Of a stretch of DNA of 64,000 nt, positions 9,450-18,750 are shown in pieces. A program made the translations under genes and the position numbers. Within the stretch, counting starts at the first letter, position 1. Each line of letters begins with the position of its first letter. Source of the stretch: Patescibacteria group bacterium. Its GTDB lineage: Bacteria > Patescibacteriota > Patescibacteriia > UBA9934. The notes under the pieces were generated by a model. The model ran no database searches, was not told where the DNA came from, and was given only the letters and a program-made list of their open reading frames with translations. The DNA is taken from assembly GCA_018062825.1 (NCBI GenBank), contig JAGORL010000002.1, positions 65,629 through 129,628 of the forward strand, written 5' to 3'.

Positions 9450-10184
9450 ATGGAGTTCGTCATCATCATTGCCATCATTCTCTTCTTCGCAACGCTGCGC
9501 CAGGTAAACCAATATGAGCGCGGTATCAAGTTCACCATGGGACGTTTTTCAAAAGTGGTGAACCCGGGCTGGCGCATTGTGATTCCGATCTTTCAAAGCA
9601 TGACCAAGGTCGATCTTCGTACAAAAGCAATCGACGTCCCATCCCAAGACACAATTACCCGAGATAACATCTCAGCAAAAATTAATGCTGTTATTTACTA
9701 CAAAGTTTCAGCTGCCGAGAAAACCGTGCTGGAAGTAGAAAACGTGCATTACGCCGTTATGCAACTTGCGCAAACCACTATGCGCAACGTTGTCGGTGAA
9801 GTAACGCTTGATGAACTACTCTCAATGCGTCAAAGCCTCTCTGAACGCATTGAAAAACAGGTTGATGAAGCCACAAACAGCTGGGGCATTGAAGTCATCA
9901 CCGTTGAACTCAAAGACATCAACCTGCCACCAGACATGGTGCGCACTATTGCCAAGCAAGCCGAGGCCGAACGCGAGCGCCGTGCCGTTATCATCAATTC
10001 CGAAGGTGAAGTATCAGCTGCACAAAATCTTGCGCAAGCCGCTGAAATACTCGCCAAGCATCCAGGAGCTCTTCACCTTCGTACACTAAACTCCATCAAC
10101 GACATCAGCTCAGATCAGTCAAATACCGTGGTATTCACCGTGCCACTAGAAATTCTGCAAGCCATGAGCGGGTTCAAGAAGTAA
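9450..10184 (+). CDS. SPFH/band-7 (stomatin/prohibitin-like) domain protein
   Basis: N-terminal TM helix followed by VNQYERGIKFTMGRFSKVVNPGWRIVIPIFQSMTKVDLRTKAIDVPSQDTITRDNISAKINAVIYYKV..., the SPFH core. C-terminal coiled-coil AEAERERRAVIINSEGE. Confidence 0.75.
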   Translation: MEFVIIIAIILFFATLRQVNQYERGIKFTMGRFSKVVNPGWRIVIPIFQSMTKVDLRTKAIDVPSQDTITRDNISAKINAVIYYKVSAAEKTVLEVENVHYAVMQLAQTTMRNVVGEVTLDELLSMRQSLSERIEKQVDEATNSWGIEVITVELKDINLPPDMVRTIAKQAEAERERRAVIINSEGEVSAAQNLAQAAEILAKHPGALHLRTLNSINDISSDQSNTVVFTVPLEILQAMSGFKK

Positions 10185-10202
10185 AGGTTCACGTTCGAAA
10201 TA

Positions 10203-10240
10203 TAAAAGAGCACCGACTTCACGTCGCGTGCTCTTTTACT
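10203..10240. terminator. Rho-independent terminator between convergent genes
   Basis: agagcac-[cgac ttcac gtcg]-cgtgctct nested hairpin followed by TTTT. Confidence 0.6.
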
Positions 10241-10247
10241 TTCCGTT

Positions 10248-10330
10248 CCCCACTCCCTACTGCCTACGTTCCACCTTAAGCCCCAACGTAGTCCGGCTCT
10301 GCCGGACGAAGTGGGCCCTATCCCCTACCA
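10248..10330. repeat. Intergenic repeat element, copy A (CCACTCCCTACTGCCTAC ... CCCCAACGTAGTCCGGCTCTGCCGGACGAAGTGGGCC CTATCCCCTACC)
   Basis: Near-identical copies at 62708..62800 and 54785..54915. The core contains the perfect hairpin GTCCGGC-TCT-GCCGGAC. Confidence 0.8.
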
Positions 10331-10332
10331 CA

Positions 10333-10842
10333 TCACTCCTCCATCCCCCGCATCACCTCTGCCTCAAGCGCATCAATATCGCCATCGTCTTCCGGAGCGC
10401 GCCCACCATTCTTTTTCTCAACATGCTTATAGAGCGTCATCATCATGAGTTCCATGCGATCGATCTGACGGGCCGAATGCGTATCAATCTGAAAATCAAG
10501 CTCTTCACGAATGTCCGCCACTTTTGCCGCCCGATTCTGACTCATAAGAACAATGACCGCCAAACAAATAGCCTCTAAAGAAACAACGAGCGTTAACATG
10601 CCAAATGGATACGGATCAAAAATTTCTAAACCCGGCAAAAGACCGGTATTCCACAAAATCCAAACTGCAAAAAAACAGATGTTAAATACCAAAAACGACA
10701 ACGTGCCAAATGTGGTCGTTAACCAATCAGCAAAACGCTCTGAAAAAGACCGCTTCCCGCGCATTTCTTGAGCGAAAAGCCGAATGCTCTGCGCCGCCAT
10801 CGGTGCCACCGGCCTCTTTTTCCTCCTTCGTGGTTGTGCCAT
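10333..10842 (-). CDS. DUF1003-like membrane protein
   Basis: Two TM helices (LSFLVFNICFFAVWILWN, GMLTLVVSLEAICLAVIVLMSQN) followed by a coiled-coil QNRAAKVADIREELDFQIDTHSA.... Length and topology are typical of DUF1003. Confidence 0.45.
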   Translation of the reverse strand: MAQPRRRKKRPVAPMAAQSIRLFAQEMRGKRSFSERFADWLTTTFGTLSFLVFNICFFAVWILWNTGLLPGLEIFDPYPFGMLTLVVSLEAICLAVIVLMSQNRAAKVADIREELDFQIDTHSARQIDRMELMMMTLYKHVEKKNGGRAPEDDGDIDALEAEVMRGMEE

Positions 10843-10886
10843 AGTAATTCTGACCGTATGATACCACTGTTATTAATATACTTTTT

Positions 10887-12392
10887 ATGATTCATCGCTT
10901 TATTTTGCGAACAACAGCGATCGCGAGTGCATTCAGCATCGCCTTTGCCCCGGTTGCTGGCTTTGCCAAAGAACCATTCACCACACCAATTTTAATCGCC
11001 CTTGATGGCGTTGAAAGCGGCACAATCACAACACAGTTAAGCTTTGCACTTGAACCGCTTGAAAGCGACGTAAAACCACTAATGGGTCTTGAGGACAGCT
11101 CGCTCTTTGCGGCTGCCGGTCTCTTTCAGCATGCCGAGCACTTAATAGCAGATGAAGTCGCTACGAACATGATGGTCACCGAGGATAACTGGACCTGGGA
11201 AGAAGACGACAGCTGGGACACCACTGATTGGTCAGAGGATTCGTGGAGTGATGATGAGTATCTCTACACCTACGAGGAGCCAAGCATTGCTGAGGAGCTT
11301 GCAAACACCAACCTCACCCTCACCACTAAGCAAAATTTCAACATCAATGCGAGTGATTATAGCGACGGTTCATTTGATGTAAGCTTAGAGTTTCTTGATG
11401 AACAGATCGCGCTCTCCGGCAAAACCGCTACTCGTAACGGCGCTAGCTATCTTCAGTTCACAAACATTGCCGTTCCTGAGGTAACATCAGCCGATCTCCC
11501 AGAAGGCGCAATTGGCGATTGGTTTGAAGTAACCATGCCCGAGCAGACCAAAACCATCTTTGAACCAGAGGATGGGCAAAGCTCTGATCTTCTTGAAGAT
11601 CCAACTCAGCTACTCGCTGGTCTAAATGATATTCCAACACAAGTAACAGACATCGTTGATGATCTTGCTCGCATTAACGCCCTGCAGGTCACAAGCAAAC
11701 ACCGCACAATCGTCAGTGGCAAACGCGTTACCGTGTACAACCTAAACGTTGACGGCGAGAAGGCAGCCGCAATAGCACCCGAGGATCTAGCGGAAATCGC
11801 ACCTCTTTTAGGCAACACCACGCTCAAACTCACCGTTCAGGAGAACACCAACATTCCAATCGCCTTTGACTTCGCGATTCGCGTCGCTCTCTCGGATATT
11901 GATGAAGTGAGTACTGGTCAACAAGTAGCGCTTCGTGGCTCGATAACGCTCACCGATATCGGTCGCAACTTCAGCTACGAAACCATAAAAGACGCTCGTC
12001 CGCTTTCAGACCTTGATGAGAGCACAGTTGTTGCCGAGCCGCTTGTTGAGCAGCAGTACGCCTACGTCAGCGATCTGCAATGGGCACTTGATACCTACTA
12101 CTATCACTACGGCTACTACCCAGAGACACTTAGCGACCTTCTCATCTCTCCAATCCCAACCGACTGGTCAGAAGACATGATCGTGTACTTTGTACCAAAT
12201 GATGTTTTCACCAACCAACCATATGAGTACGAAAAACTGGAGGAAGACTTCGCGCTCACGTACTGGGTAGAGCTCCAGGATGACTCCTCATGGTCCTACA
12301 CCTTCGTAGACGGTCAGAACACCGCCACCGCCTACACCATCTCCGAGGAAAGCGATGCCGCCTGGTACGACAGCTGGGAAGAATGGGAGTAA
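10887..12392 (+). CDS. Secreted acidic Trp/Asp-rich protein of unknown function
   Basis: Signal peptide MIHRFILRTTAIASAFSIAFAPVAGFA. Very acidic, with W-D/E-rich stretches (WTWEEDDSWDTTDWSEDSWSDDEY; AAWYDSWEEWE). C-terminal motif LQWALDTYYYHYGYYPETLSDLL resembles the pilin/pseudopilin ALE.Y..DNG.YP motif. Confidence 0.4.
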   Translation: MIHRFILRTTAIASAFSIAFAPVAGFAKEPFTTPILIALDGVESGTITTQLSFALEPLESDVKPLMGLEDSSLFAAAGLFQHAEHLIADEVATNMMVTEDNWTWEEDDSWDTTDWSEDSWSDDEYLYTYEEPSIAEELANTNLTLTTKQNFNINASDYSDGSFDVSLEFLDEQIALSGKTATRNGASYLQFTNIAVPEVTSADLPEGAIGDWFEVTMPEQTKTIFEPEDGQSSDLLEDPTQLLAGLNDIPTQVTDIVDDLARINALQVTSKHRTIVSGKRVTVYNLNVDGEKAAAIAPEDLAEIAPLLGNTTLKLTVQENTNIPIAFDFAIRVALSDIDEVSTGQQVALRGSITLTDIGRNFSYETIKDARPLSDLDESTVVAEPLVEQQYAYVSDLQWALDTYYYHYGYYPETLSDLLISPIPTDWSEDMIVYFVPNDVFTNQPYEYEKLEEDFALTYWVELQDDSSWSYTFVDGQNTATAYTISEESDAAWYDSWEEWE

Positions 12393-12400
12393 TACGAACA

Positions 12401-12432
12401 AAAAAAAGCCGAGATCACATCTCGGCTTTTTG
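12401..12432. terminator. Rho-independent terminator (bidirectional)
   Basis: gccgagat-cac-atctcggc then TTTTT, preceded by an A8 run. Confidence 0.75.
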
Positions 12433-12440
12433 ATTGCAAT

Positions 12441-13112
12441 CTACTGTGCAAGCCAAGCCTGCATAGTGGAAATCTCCTCATTTTGCACACGAATAATCGT
12501 CACGGCCAAGCTCGTCAATTCACGACGCGCCTCTATATCAAGAAGGGCGCTAGCCATCTCAACCGCTCCTTGATGATGTTTGATCATGCCATCAAGATAC
12601 GCACGCCAAGCCTCGGTATCATCAGTAATGGCTGATAGATCCGGCATCATTGGCTCATAGACACCAACGTCTTCATACGCAGCTCCAAACCAATCTTGAT
12701 ACCAGTCGGTCATTTGATCAACCTCAAGCGTTTGATCATTGATAATGCTGCGCAAAAACTCCGCTTGCTCTTCACTTTGCACGCGATCAAGCATGAGTTC
12801 AGACGTCATAATCGCCTCTTCATGGTGAGGAATCATATGTTCTAAAAAGGCACGTTCTGTGGTGACGCTCATCATCATGTCATGGCCAGAATGATCCATC
12901 GGCATAACATCATCATCAGACACCGTACCAATAGCAACAACGTCACCAGTCGCCGAAGTCATTGGCGCCATATCATGATCTGACGACTTGAAAAGAAAAA
13001 CCGCTAGAAGAATAAAACCACCTAAACCAAATCCCGAAAGAAGACCAATAAGAAGATATTGTTTGGGCATATTGCAATAATCAACAAACATTGTAAGCAA
13101 GAACCGGGCCAC
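12441..13112 (-). CDS. DUF305 family protein (HHxxAIxMS metal-associated domain), membrane-anchored
   Basis: Two copies of the DUF305 motif: FLEHMIPHHEEAIMTSE and MIKHHQGAVEMASALL. N-terminal TM helix. Confidence 0.6.
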   Translation of the reverse strand: MARFLLTMFVDYCNMPKQYLLIGLLSGFGLGGFILLAVFLFKSSDHDMAPMTSATGDVVAIGTVSDDDVMPMDHSGHDMMMSVTTERAFLEHMIPHHEEAIMTSELMLDRVQSEEQAEFLRSIINDQTLEVDQMTDWYQDWFGAAYEDVGVYEPMMPDLSAITDDTEAWRAYLDGMIKHHQGAVEMASALLDIEARRELTSLAVTIIRVQNEEISTMQAWLAQ

Positions 13113-13178
13113 GGACGAGCTAATATCGGGATAAACAATTGTCAGAGCCTAGCGCCGACAAGTATCATCTCTATACCT

Positions 13179-13640
13179 ATGAATAGCATTGTAAAAAGTC
13201 TCGCCGCCCTAGCCACTGTAAGTTTACTTGGATTTGGCTGCTTGCCAAGCCTGAGCTTCAACAAGAACGAAGACATAAATGACAGTAGCGCCGCTGGCGG
13301 TGACAATGCAAATGGAGAACTTGTATCTGTACCAGCAAACTTCAGTCCAGCAATCAGCTTCCCAACCGACGCCTTCTTTTACTACGCGGAGGTGAGCGAT
13401 GATCAAACAATTGGTGGCGCCATGTTCTCAACCGCCATCACCATTCAAGCCGCTATCGAGTTCTACACCTCAACCCTCAGCATGCAAGGCTTCACCCTCG
13501 CAGACACCCTTGATAGCACAACCGGAATCGAGGCCTACTACACAAACACTGAGACTTCAACCGTAGTGTTCGTCACTGCCACAGAAGGAACAGATGGCTA
13601 CTCAACCGTTGAAGTGCTCTACGGACCAGATGATTACTAA
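13179..13640 (+). CDS. Putative lipoprotein, unknown function
   Basis: Internal start MNSIVKSLAALATVSLLGFGC (lipobox-like LGFGC) within ORF 13059..13640. No recognisable domain. Confidence 0.35.
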   Translation: MNSIVKSLAALATVSLLGFGCLPSLSFNKNEDINDSSAAGGDNANGELVSVPANFSPAISFPTDAFFYYAEVSDDQTIGGAMFSTAITIQAAIEFYTSTLSMQGFTLADTLDSTTGIEAYYTNTETSTVVFVTATEGTDGYSTVEVLYGPDDY

Positions 13641-13649
13641 ACAAGATCA

Positions 13650-13680
13650 AAAAACGAGCCATACGGCTCGTTTTTTATTT
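13650..13680. terminator. Rho-independent terminator
   Basis: cgagcc-atac-ggctcg followed by TTTTTT. Confidence 0.7.
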
Positions 13681-13687
13681 ACCTAAC

Positions 13688-15183
13688 CTAGAGAACAAAC
13701 CCCAATGCCACCAAAAAAAGTACGGTAATCATCCAGGCCGTCACCATGCCCCACACGAAAATCATCCACCAATCAGAACGCGTAGCGGACACCGCCTGAC
13801 GATCAACACTGTCACGGATATCTCGTGGATCAAAGATACTTGGCTGCAAACGCTTCCCAGATAAAATCTGCGCAATACGGTACCCACCATACACCGACGG
13901 CAAAATACCAACACCATTGCACCCAAGGTTATAGAGCAATACGGGATTACAGGGCTCAGTGCCAACACACCGTATACCGTTTGGTGTATAGCCCATGAGG
14001 CCATGCCATAGATGCGTAAACGTTAACCTACGCCCAGAGTGAGCATACGTTGCTCGTGTGAACTGACGGATCATTTTTTCGGACTCTTTAGGGTAAGGAT
14101 GAGCGCGTGAATAAGCGTTAGTATCATCCATAAGCGCCTCAGGACCACCAATACAAACTAAACTCTGATCAGACCCATGCGGACGACGAGTAATGTAGTA
14201 GTAAGGATCAGCGTCATAGGCACCACTCATCTCTTCAACATCTTTAGGCAAATAACTAATAGCCGTCGGCGCCATCTGCGGCTTCTCAATAAATGCCGCC
14301 ATGTAACCAACTGATCCACGTACTAAATGGTGGAACCAGGCATCAATCCTTGCCCCAGCATGATTCTCAATATGAAACTTCTCAAAACCATTTGTACATA
14401 AAACAACTCGTGATGCAGTAACCTTGTGCTTTTTTGTTTTTAACTCAGCACCCTTAGCAAAAAGATGAACTCGCTCAACAAATGCTTGCTCAGCAACTGC
14501 AAAGCGCTGCGCATAACGCGCAAGCAACTTCTCAAGCACCTCATAACAAAAGAGTGCGCTATTCATACAACCCTTTTTAGCAACGATCGTAGCAACGTAT
14601 GAGGCATCGCTCGTTTGCAGGTATGACAAGATCTTTTTGTGCGGAGCCAGCTTATAATATTTTCTCAACGGTCGCGGAACATCTTTTCGCTTAGCATACG
14701 ATCGAGAAACAAAAATCTTCTCAATCGGCAAACCCGCTTTATCTCGTGCTTCATTGTCGTATAAATGAGAAAGAAGCTCGTGAAAATCAGCACATCCCGC
14801 ATAACCATCAAAAGTCCAAAGCGGTGTTTCGAGCCCCAAATCCTTTTGAATATCTTCAAGTAAATCCCAAGATGATTCAATGGATCGCTGACCTTCAGCT
14901 GCCATCACTGCCCCAAACTCTTGAACAATATCAGCAAACGGGCGCTCAAAATAACTCACCAATTGCCCCGCATTGTGCCCAGTAGCTCCATGAGCAATGC
15001 GATCACCCTCAAGAAGCACAATCGACTTCTTAGTTTTCTTCAACAAAAAATACGCCGTCATCACTCCCGCGATGCCAGCGCCAACAATCACAACATCAGC
15101 GTGCAGATCCCGATCAAACGGAAAGAGCGTTCGCTTTTTAGTGAGCTGCTCAAGCCAAGGCGATCGAAGGGCAACGTTTGGCA
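13688..15183 (-). CDS. FAD-dependent oxidoreductase (DAO-like) with C-terminal TM anchor
   Basis: ADVVIVGAGIAGVMTAYFL...IVLLEGDRIAHGATGHNAGQL is the FAD Rossmann motif. C-terminal hydrophobic tail WWMIFVWGMVTAWMITVLFLVALGFVL. Likely start is the M of MPNVALRS at 15183, inside the longer ORF-track frame. Confidence 0.6.
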
Positions 15184-15222
15184 TACGTAAAATACATGTA
15201 TGCAGTATAACATTGCGTACGC

Positions 15223-16125
15223 TTATCGATACACACGCCGCCTCCCTTTTCCAAGTCCAAGATTCGTATATTTTCGAAACTCGCACCCAATCCCCTCCCA
15301 ATTCTCCGCTGATAAAATAAGTGACTGACCTTGATACGTCACCCCCGTTGCAAATGGCAGTCGAGCTAGCTCAGCCGCAAGTAAAGACGGATCCCGGGAA
15401 ATATTCAGACGCTTCATGGTTGGCAGTGAACCAGGACCAACCGGAAAACGAGCAAACAAATCGATCTTATCCGGATACTGATACGCCACATCAATCAAAA
15501 CCTCGGTCCATAAAAACGCCAGGTTATAACCAAATACTGAAACAACTTCTTCAACTCCGTCGTAAACTGACTTCTTCTGCCACGTCGCAATCAGCTTAGC
15601 CACCCTTGGAATGACGCCAGGCAAATATCGTGACAAAAATGCTTCACGCGTCGGTGTGGCACTTCTTTGAATAACACTAATAGGAAACACGTACGGCACT
15701 CCATACTTTGGCCGTGGCAAAGCATCTAATCGCTCACGCCAGGCATCATTCTCCTTCTCATCAAATGACAACAGACCAATCGCCGTAAGCGTCTCCGGCC
15801 GCGCCATTAACCGACACGCAAACATATTCAAAAGCCACAACGGGAAATCGTCGCGTAGCGGGTTCAGCATGGCATGAAACGCCATCGTTTGCCGATCAAA
15901 CTCCCGAAAAATATTACAAAACCGATACTGAGACAAAATAGGATCAAGCGAATATGGAGCTTGCTCACCCTGAACCTTGCGCTCCCACATGCGCAACCGC
16001 TCCTGCGTAAACTCTTCAATCTGCTTTAGAACGAAAGCATCAACACTCGGCAAAGTACCAGCCGGTCGACTCGTGTGTAACGACAAGTGTCGATAGAGCT
16101 GAGCAATATTATCGGGAATCTCCAT
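15223..16125 (-). CDS. Conserved hypothetical protein (300 aa), no domain recognised
   Basis: Soluble, no TM. The only basis for a nucleotide-metabolism role is its position between a deaminase-fold gene and a MazG-like gene. Confidence 0.3.
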   Translation of the reverse strand: MEIPDNIAQLYRHLSLHTSRPAGTLPSVDAFVLKQIEEFTQERLRMWERKVQGEQAPYSLDPILSQYRFCNIFREFDRQTMAFHAMLNPLRDDFPLWLLNMFACRLMARPETLTAIGLLSFDEKENDAWRERLDALPRPKYGVPYVFPISVIQRSATPTREAFLSRYLPGVIPRVAKLIATWQKKSVYDGVEEVVSVFGYNLAFLWTEVLIDVAYQYPDKIDLFARFPVGPGSLPTMKRLNISRDPSLLAAELARLPFATGVTYQGQSLILSAENWEGIGCEFRKYTNLGLGKGRRRVYR

Positions 16126-16128
16126 ACG

Positions 16129-16617
16129 TTACACCTCATGTCGATATTCATAAGAAACGCGATTGTATTCCTGCGTTTCGTACGCCGCTAAACCAGCCTC
16201 CTGCCATAAAACAAACGTCGCAATGCCGCTATCAAGCGCCAACCTACTACACACCGTGCAAAACGGCTGCCCAGCTTTCAAAATCCCTCCCCCAGCATCA
16301 ACGCGCGTAAAATAAAGCGTTGACCCCGCAATGCGATCCGAGTGACGAGTAAGCGCATCCATGATCGCCCGCCATTCAGCATGAATGCAGCACGTCTTGT
16401 CATACCGCGGCTTACCAGGAACAAAATCATCCCCACACATACGATTCTCCTCACTATCAAGCGCCGGCGCATTGTAGCCAAGACCGATCGCCTTGCCCCC
16501 ACTCACGATCACCGTGCCGCATTTTGCGCGCGCACAAAGAGCCAATTCAGCCTGCTCAGCAGCCTGATACATCCAAAATTTCGCCTGCTCCTCAAAATCA
16601 CCAGAAAGAAAAACCAT
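16129..16617 (-). CDS. CMP/dCMP deaminase zinc-binding family protein (dCMP deaminase/TadA-like)
   Basis: CGTVIVSGGKAIGLGYN, CCIHAEWRAI (the H(A/C)E zinc ligand motif) and PFCTVCSRLALDSGI (the PCxxC zinc ligands). Confidence 0.65.
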   Translation of the reverse strand: MVFLSGDFEEQAKFWMYQAAEQAELALCARAKCGTVIVSGGKAIGLGYNAPALDSEENRMCGDDFVPGKPRYDKTCCIHAEWRAIMDALTRHSDRIAGSTLYFTRVDAGGGILKAGQPFCTVCSRLALDSGIATFVLWQEAGLAAYETQEYNRVSYEYRHEV

Positions 16618-16678
16618 AGAACAAACGCCAAAGAAAAGTCATCTACAGGAGTATAACGTGCCAGCTATAAAATCGCTA

Positions 16679-16690
16679 TATTGCGCAATA
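16679..16690. promoter_or_regulatory. Perfect 12-bp palindrome TATTGCGCAATA in the divergent promoter region between the deaminase and MazG-like genes
   Basis: Seen directly. Also flanked by direct repeats atcgct...agatcgct. Confidence 0.4.
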
Positions 16691-16727
16691 AAGATCGCTA
16701 AATTATAGTAGTTGCATAAACTACTCT

Positions 16728-17288
16728 ATGGATGAGAAAAACGTCATCGCGCTTCTCCAATGGGCGCAGCTCCAGCACGATGCCAAGTATCATCAAGATA
16801 TTCACCACCTGAGCACACAGCAAAAATTCAAGCACTTCACACTGCACCTTGCCAAGTACGCAGGAAAATTTGCAGAATTAAGAGAAAACGATCACGAACA
16901 GTTTCAAAAAACACTCGTGGATACCTGCATCATTAGCATCGCCCTCGCAAACGCCTTCAATGTGAATATTGCAAGAAGGCTAAATATTGAGCATGCTCAA
17001 TCACTAACAGATGTCAGTAAAAGTATCGCCAACACTCAAAATAGTGAAGAAGCTCGACCGTTCCCACTACAGCTCACCATACTTGTTGGTAAGCTTGCTA
17101 AAAACTGCGAGTCGCTTGATCACCTTGAAAATTTTCCATTCCGAGAACAGGCTGAAAGCGTGAGCTTAGAGGTATTTATAGCGACCATACACGAAGCATC
17201 AAGAAAAGGTCTCGATCTACATGAAGCGATCACTAAACGGCTAACTGAGGTAGAAAAGAAATACATTTTTCACAATTTTCTCAAATAG
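16728..17288 (+). CDS. MazG-like all-alpha nucleoside triphosphate pyrophosphohydrolase (tentative)
   Basis: Two helical MazG-like repeats: FTLHLAKYAGKFAE...VDTCIISIALANAFNVNI and SLEVFIATIHEASRKGLDLHEAITKRLTEVEKKY (the MazG pattern L...A...GIDLEEA...K..R). Confidence 0.45.
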   Translation: MDEKNVIALLQWAQLQHDAKYHQDIHHLSTQQKFKHFTLHLAKYAGKFAELRENDHEQFQKTLVDTCIISIALANAFNVNIARRLNIEHAQSLTDVSKSIANTQNSEEARPFPLQLTILVGKLAKNCESLDHLENFPFREQAESVSLEVFIATIHEASRKGLDLHEAITKRLTEVEKKYIFHNFLK

Positions 17289-17326
17289 AACTAAAAACAC
17301 CAGCCAAATGGCTGGTGTTTTTTTTA

Positions 17327-18343
17327 CTACTGAACAAGATCAAGTTCGCTCTTGAAAAACTCTGCCGATCTGCGCATCATCTCACTCCACTGCGAACCAA
17401 ACTCATGCCGCTCATTCTCATAGACATGGAGTGTGACGTCTTTCTGAAGATCCTCAAGCTGCTCGGCTATCGCGTAAGACCATGCAGGTGGCGTGGAATC
17501 ATCAAGCGTGCCGATATGAATCATAACCGCATCATCCACCTGATCGTAGTATGTAGCAGCGGATGCTTCACGCCAAAAATCAGCATTCGCCGCCCTATCT
17601 CCATATGCTTCGAGAATCAAATCTGATTCATCAGCTCGGCGAGACGTGTACTGTTCATAATTCTCCCACGCATCACCTGAAACCGGTGCGTAAAGAATAA
17701 TCGCATCAACAAGCTCCGGAGCAGCTACCGCGATCGCCTGAGCAATCCCACCACCCATCGAATGACCAAACATGCCAACACGATCGGTATCAATATAAGG
17801 AAGATCGGCCTGAGTAACCGCAACAATGGCATTCGCGACATCAATGGCATATCCAAGACGTAATGTTAACTGATAATCTGCATCGTCATCAGAACCAGCA
17901 TGATTGCGATAATCAGAATGAATAACCACAAACCCATCACGAGCAAAGTAATCCTGCTCACGCTTCAAGCCTCTGCCAGTCGTGTAAATCGCAGGATCAA
18001 TATACCCATGATTAAGCATAAGAAGCGCAAACGGACCATCGCCAGTCGGCACATTCATAATGCCGGTAATACGCAACTCCCCTGACATGTAGCTGATCGC
18101 ATAGCGTGTATACGCATCCTCATAGGCCAACACTTCCCCAACCTCAAAATCTCGACCATCAAAATCTGTAGCCATCAAAGCCGGAACAGATACCGCATGC
18201 CAAGACTGATTGTCATCAAGGACCGGGAGCGCCTCAGACGGAGTATCGACTTCAGAAGTTAATGCCGACTCTTGCGATAAACAACCGGCACCAAGCAACA
18301 AGAACAGTGATAATGCCAGCGTTATCTTTCTCATACTAAACAT
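17327..18343 (-). CDS. Secreted alpha/beta hydrolase (dienelactone hydrolase / S9 peptidase-like)
   Basis: Signal/lipobox LLLGAGCLSQ. Nucleophile elbow GMFGHSMGGGIA. HGY...D and H-E residues consistent with an alpha/beta-hydrolase triad. Confidence 0.6.
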   Translation of the reverse strand: MFSMRKITLALSLFLLLGAGCLSQESALTSEVDTPSEALPVLDDNQSWHAVSVPALMATDFDGRDFEVGEVLAYEDAYTRYAISYMSGELRITGIMNVPTGDGPFALLMLNHGYIDPAIYTTGRGLKREQDYFARDGFVVIHSDYRNHAGSDDDADYQLTLRLGYAIDVANAIVAVTQADLPYIDTDRVGMFGHSMGGGIAQAIAVAAPELVDAIILYAPVSGDAWENYEQYTSRRADESDLILEAYGDRAANADFWREASAATYYDQVDDAVMIHIGTLDDSTPPAWSYAIAEQLEDLQKDVTLHVYENERHEFGSQWSEMMRRSAEFFKSELDLVQ

Positions 18344-18734
18344 CAGTATCTAAGCGGACTAATTTCCCCTTCCGCTTTACAATATTTTTATAATCCCACT
18401 GAATCTCTCGCGCCTTCTTTAGCCAACGCTTCACATCCTTAACAACAATTTCATCAGCAGATTGATATTTGGCTTCAGCGGCCTTAAACGTGCCACTGGC
18501 AACTAGCCCTGGTTCATCAAACGATTGTCCGCTCCAAAAGAAGAGGCGAATGCAGTCCTTTAACTTGTTATAACCAGCTACCGGATTGCCATTCAAAAAC
18601 CACACCGGGTGCCGATGCCAAATCTTATTCTCAGCGTCAGGAAGCTCTTTACTGATAAGCTCAAAAAGCAACTCTGCTATTGCGCGATCACTTGCAAGCA
18701 AGGCTTTATTATAATTTTTTATTTCAAGTTTCAT
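18336..18734 (-). CDS. DUF1801 (YdhG-like) domain protein (tentative)
   Basis: Size (132 aa) and pattern ...WHRHPVWFLNGNPVAGYNKLKDCIRLFFWSGQSF... resemble YdhG/DUF1801. Confidence 0.35.
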   Translation of the reverse strand: MKLEIKNYNKALLASDRAIAELLFELISKELPDAENKIWHRHPVWFLNGNPVAGYNKLKDCIRLFFWSGQSFDEPGLVASGTFKAAEAKYQSADEIVVKDVKRWLKKAREIQWDYKNIVKRKGKLVRLDTDV

Positions 18735-18750
18735 ATACTAATCGCAAGCA

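Noticed and set aside
10228-10578. 116-aa plus-strand ORF starting inside the intergenic repeat element
   Set aside because: Begins in the repeat/terminator region and runs antisense through the DUF1003 gene. The low-complexity Pro/His/Leu translation is repeat-derived.
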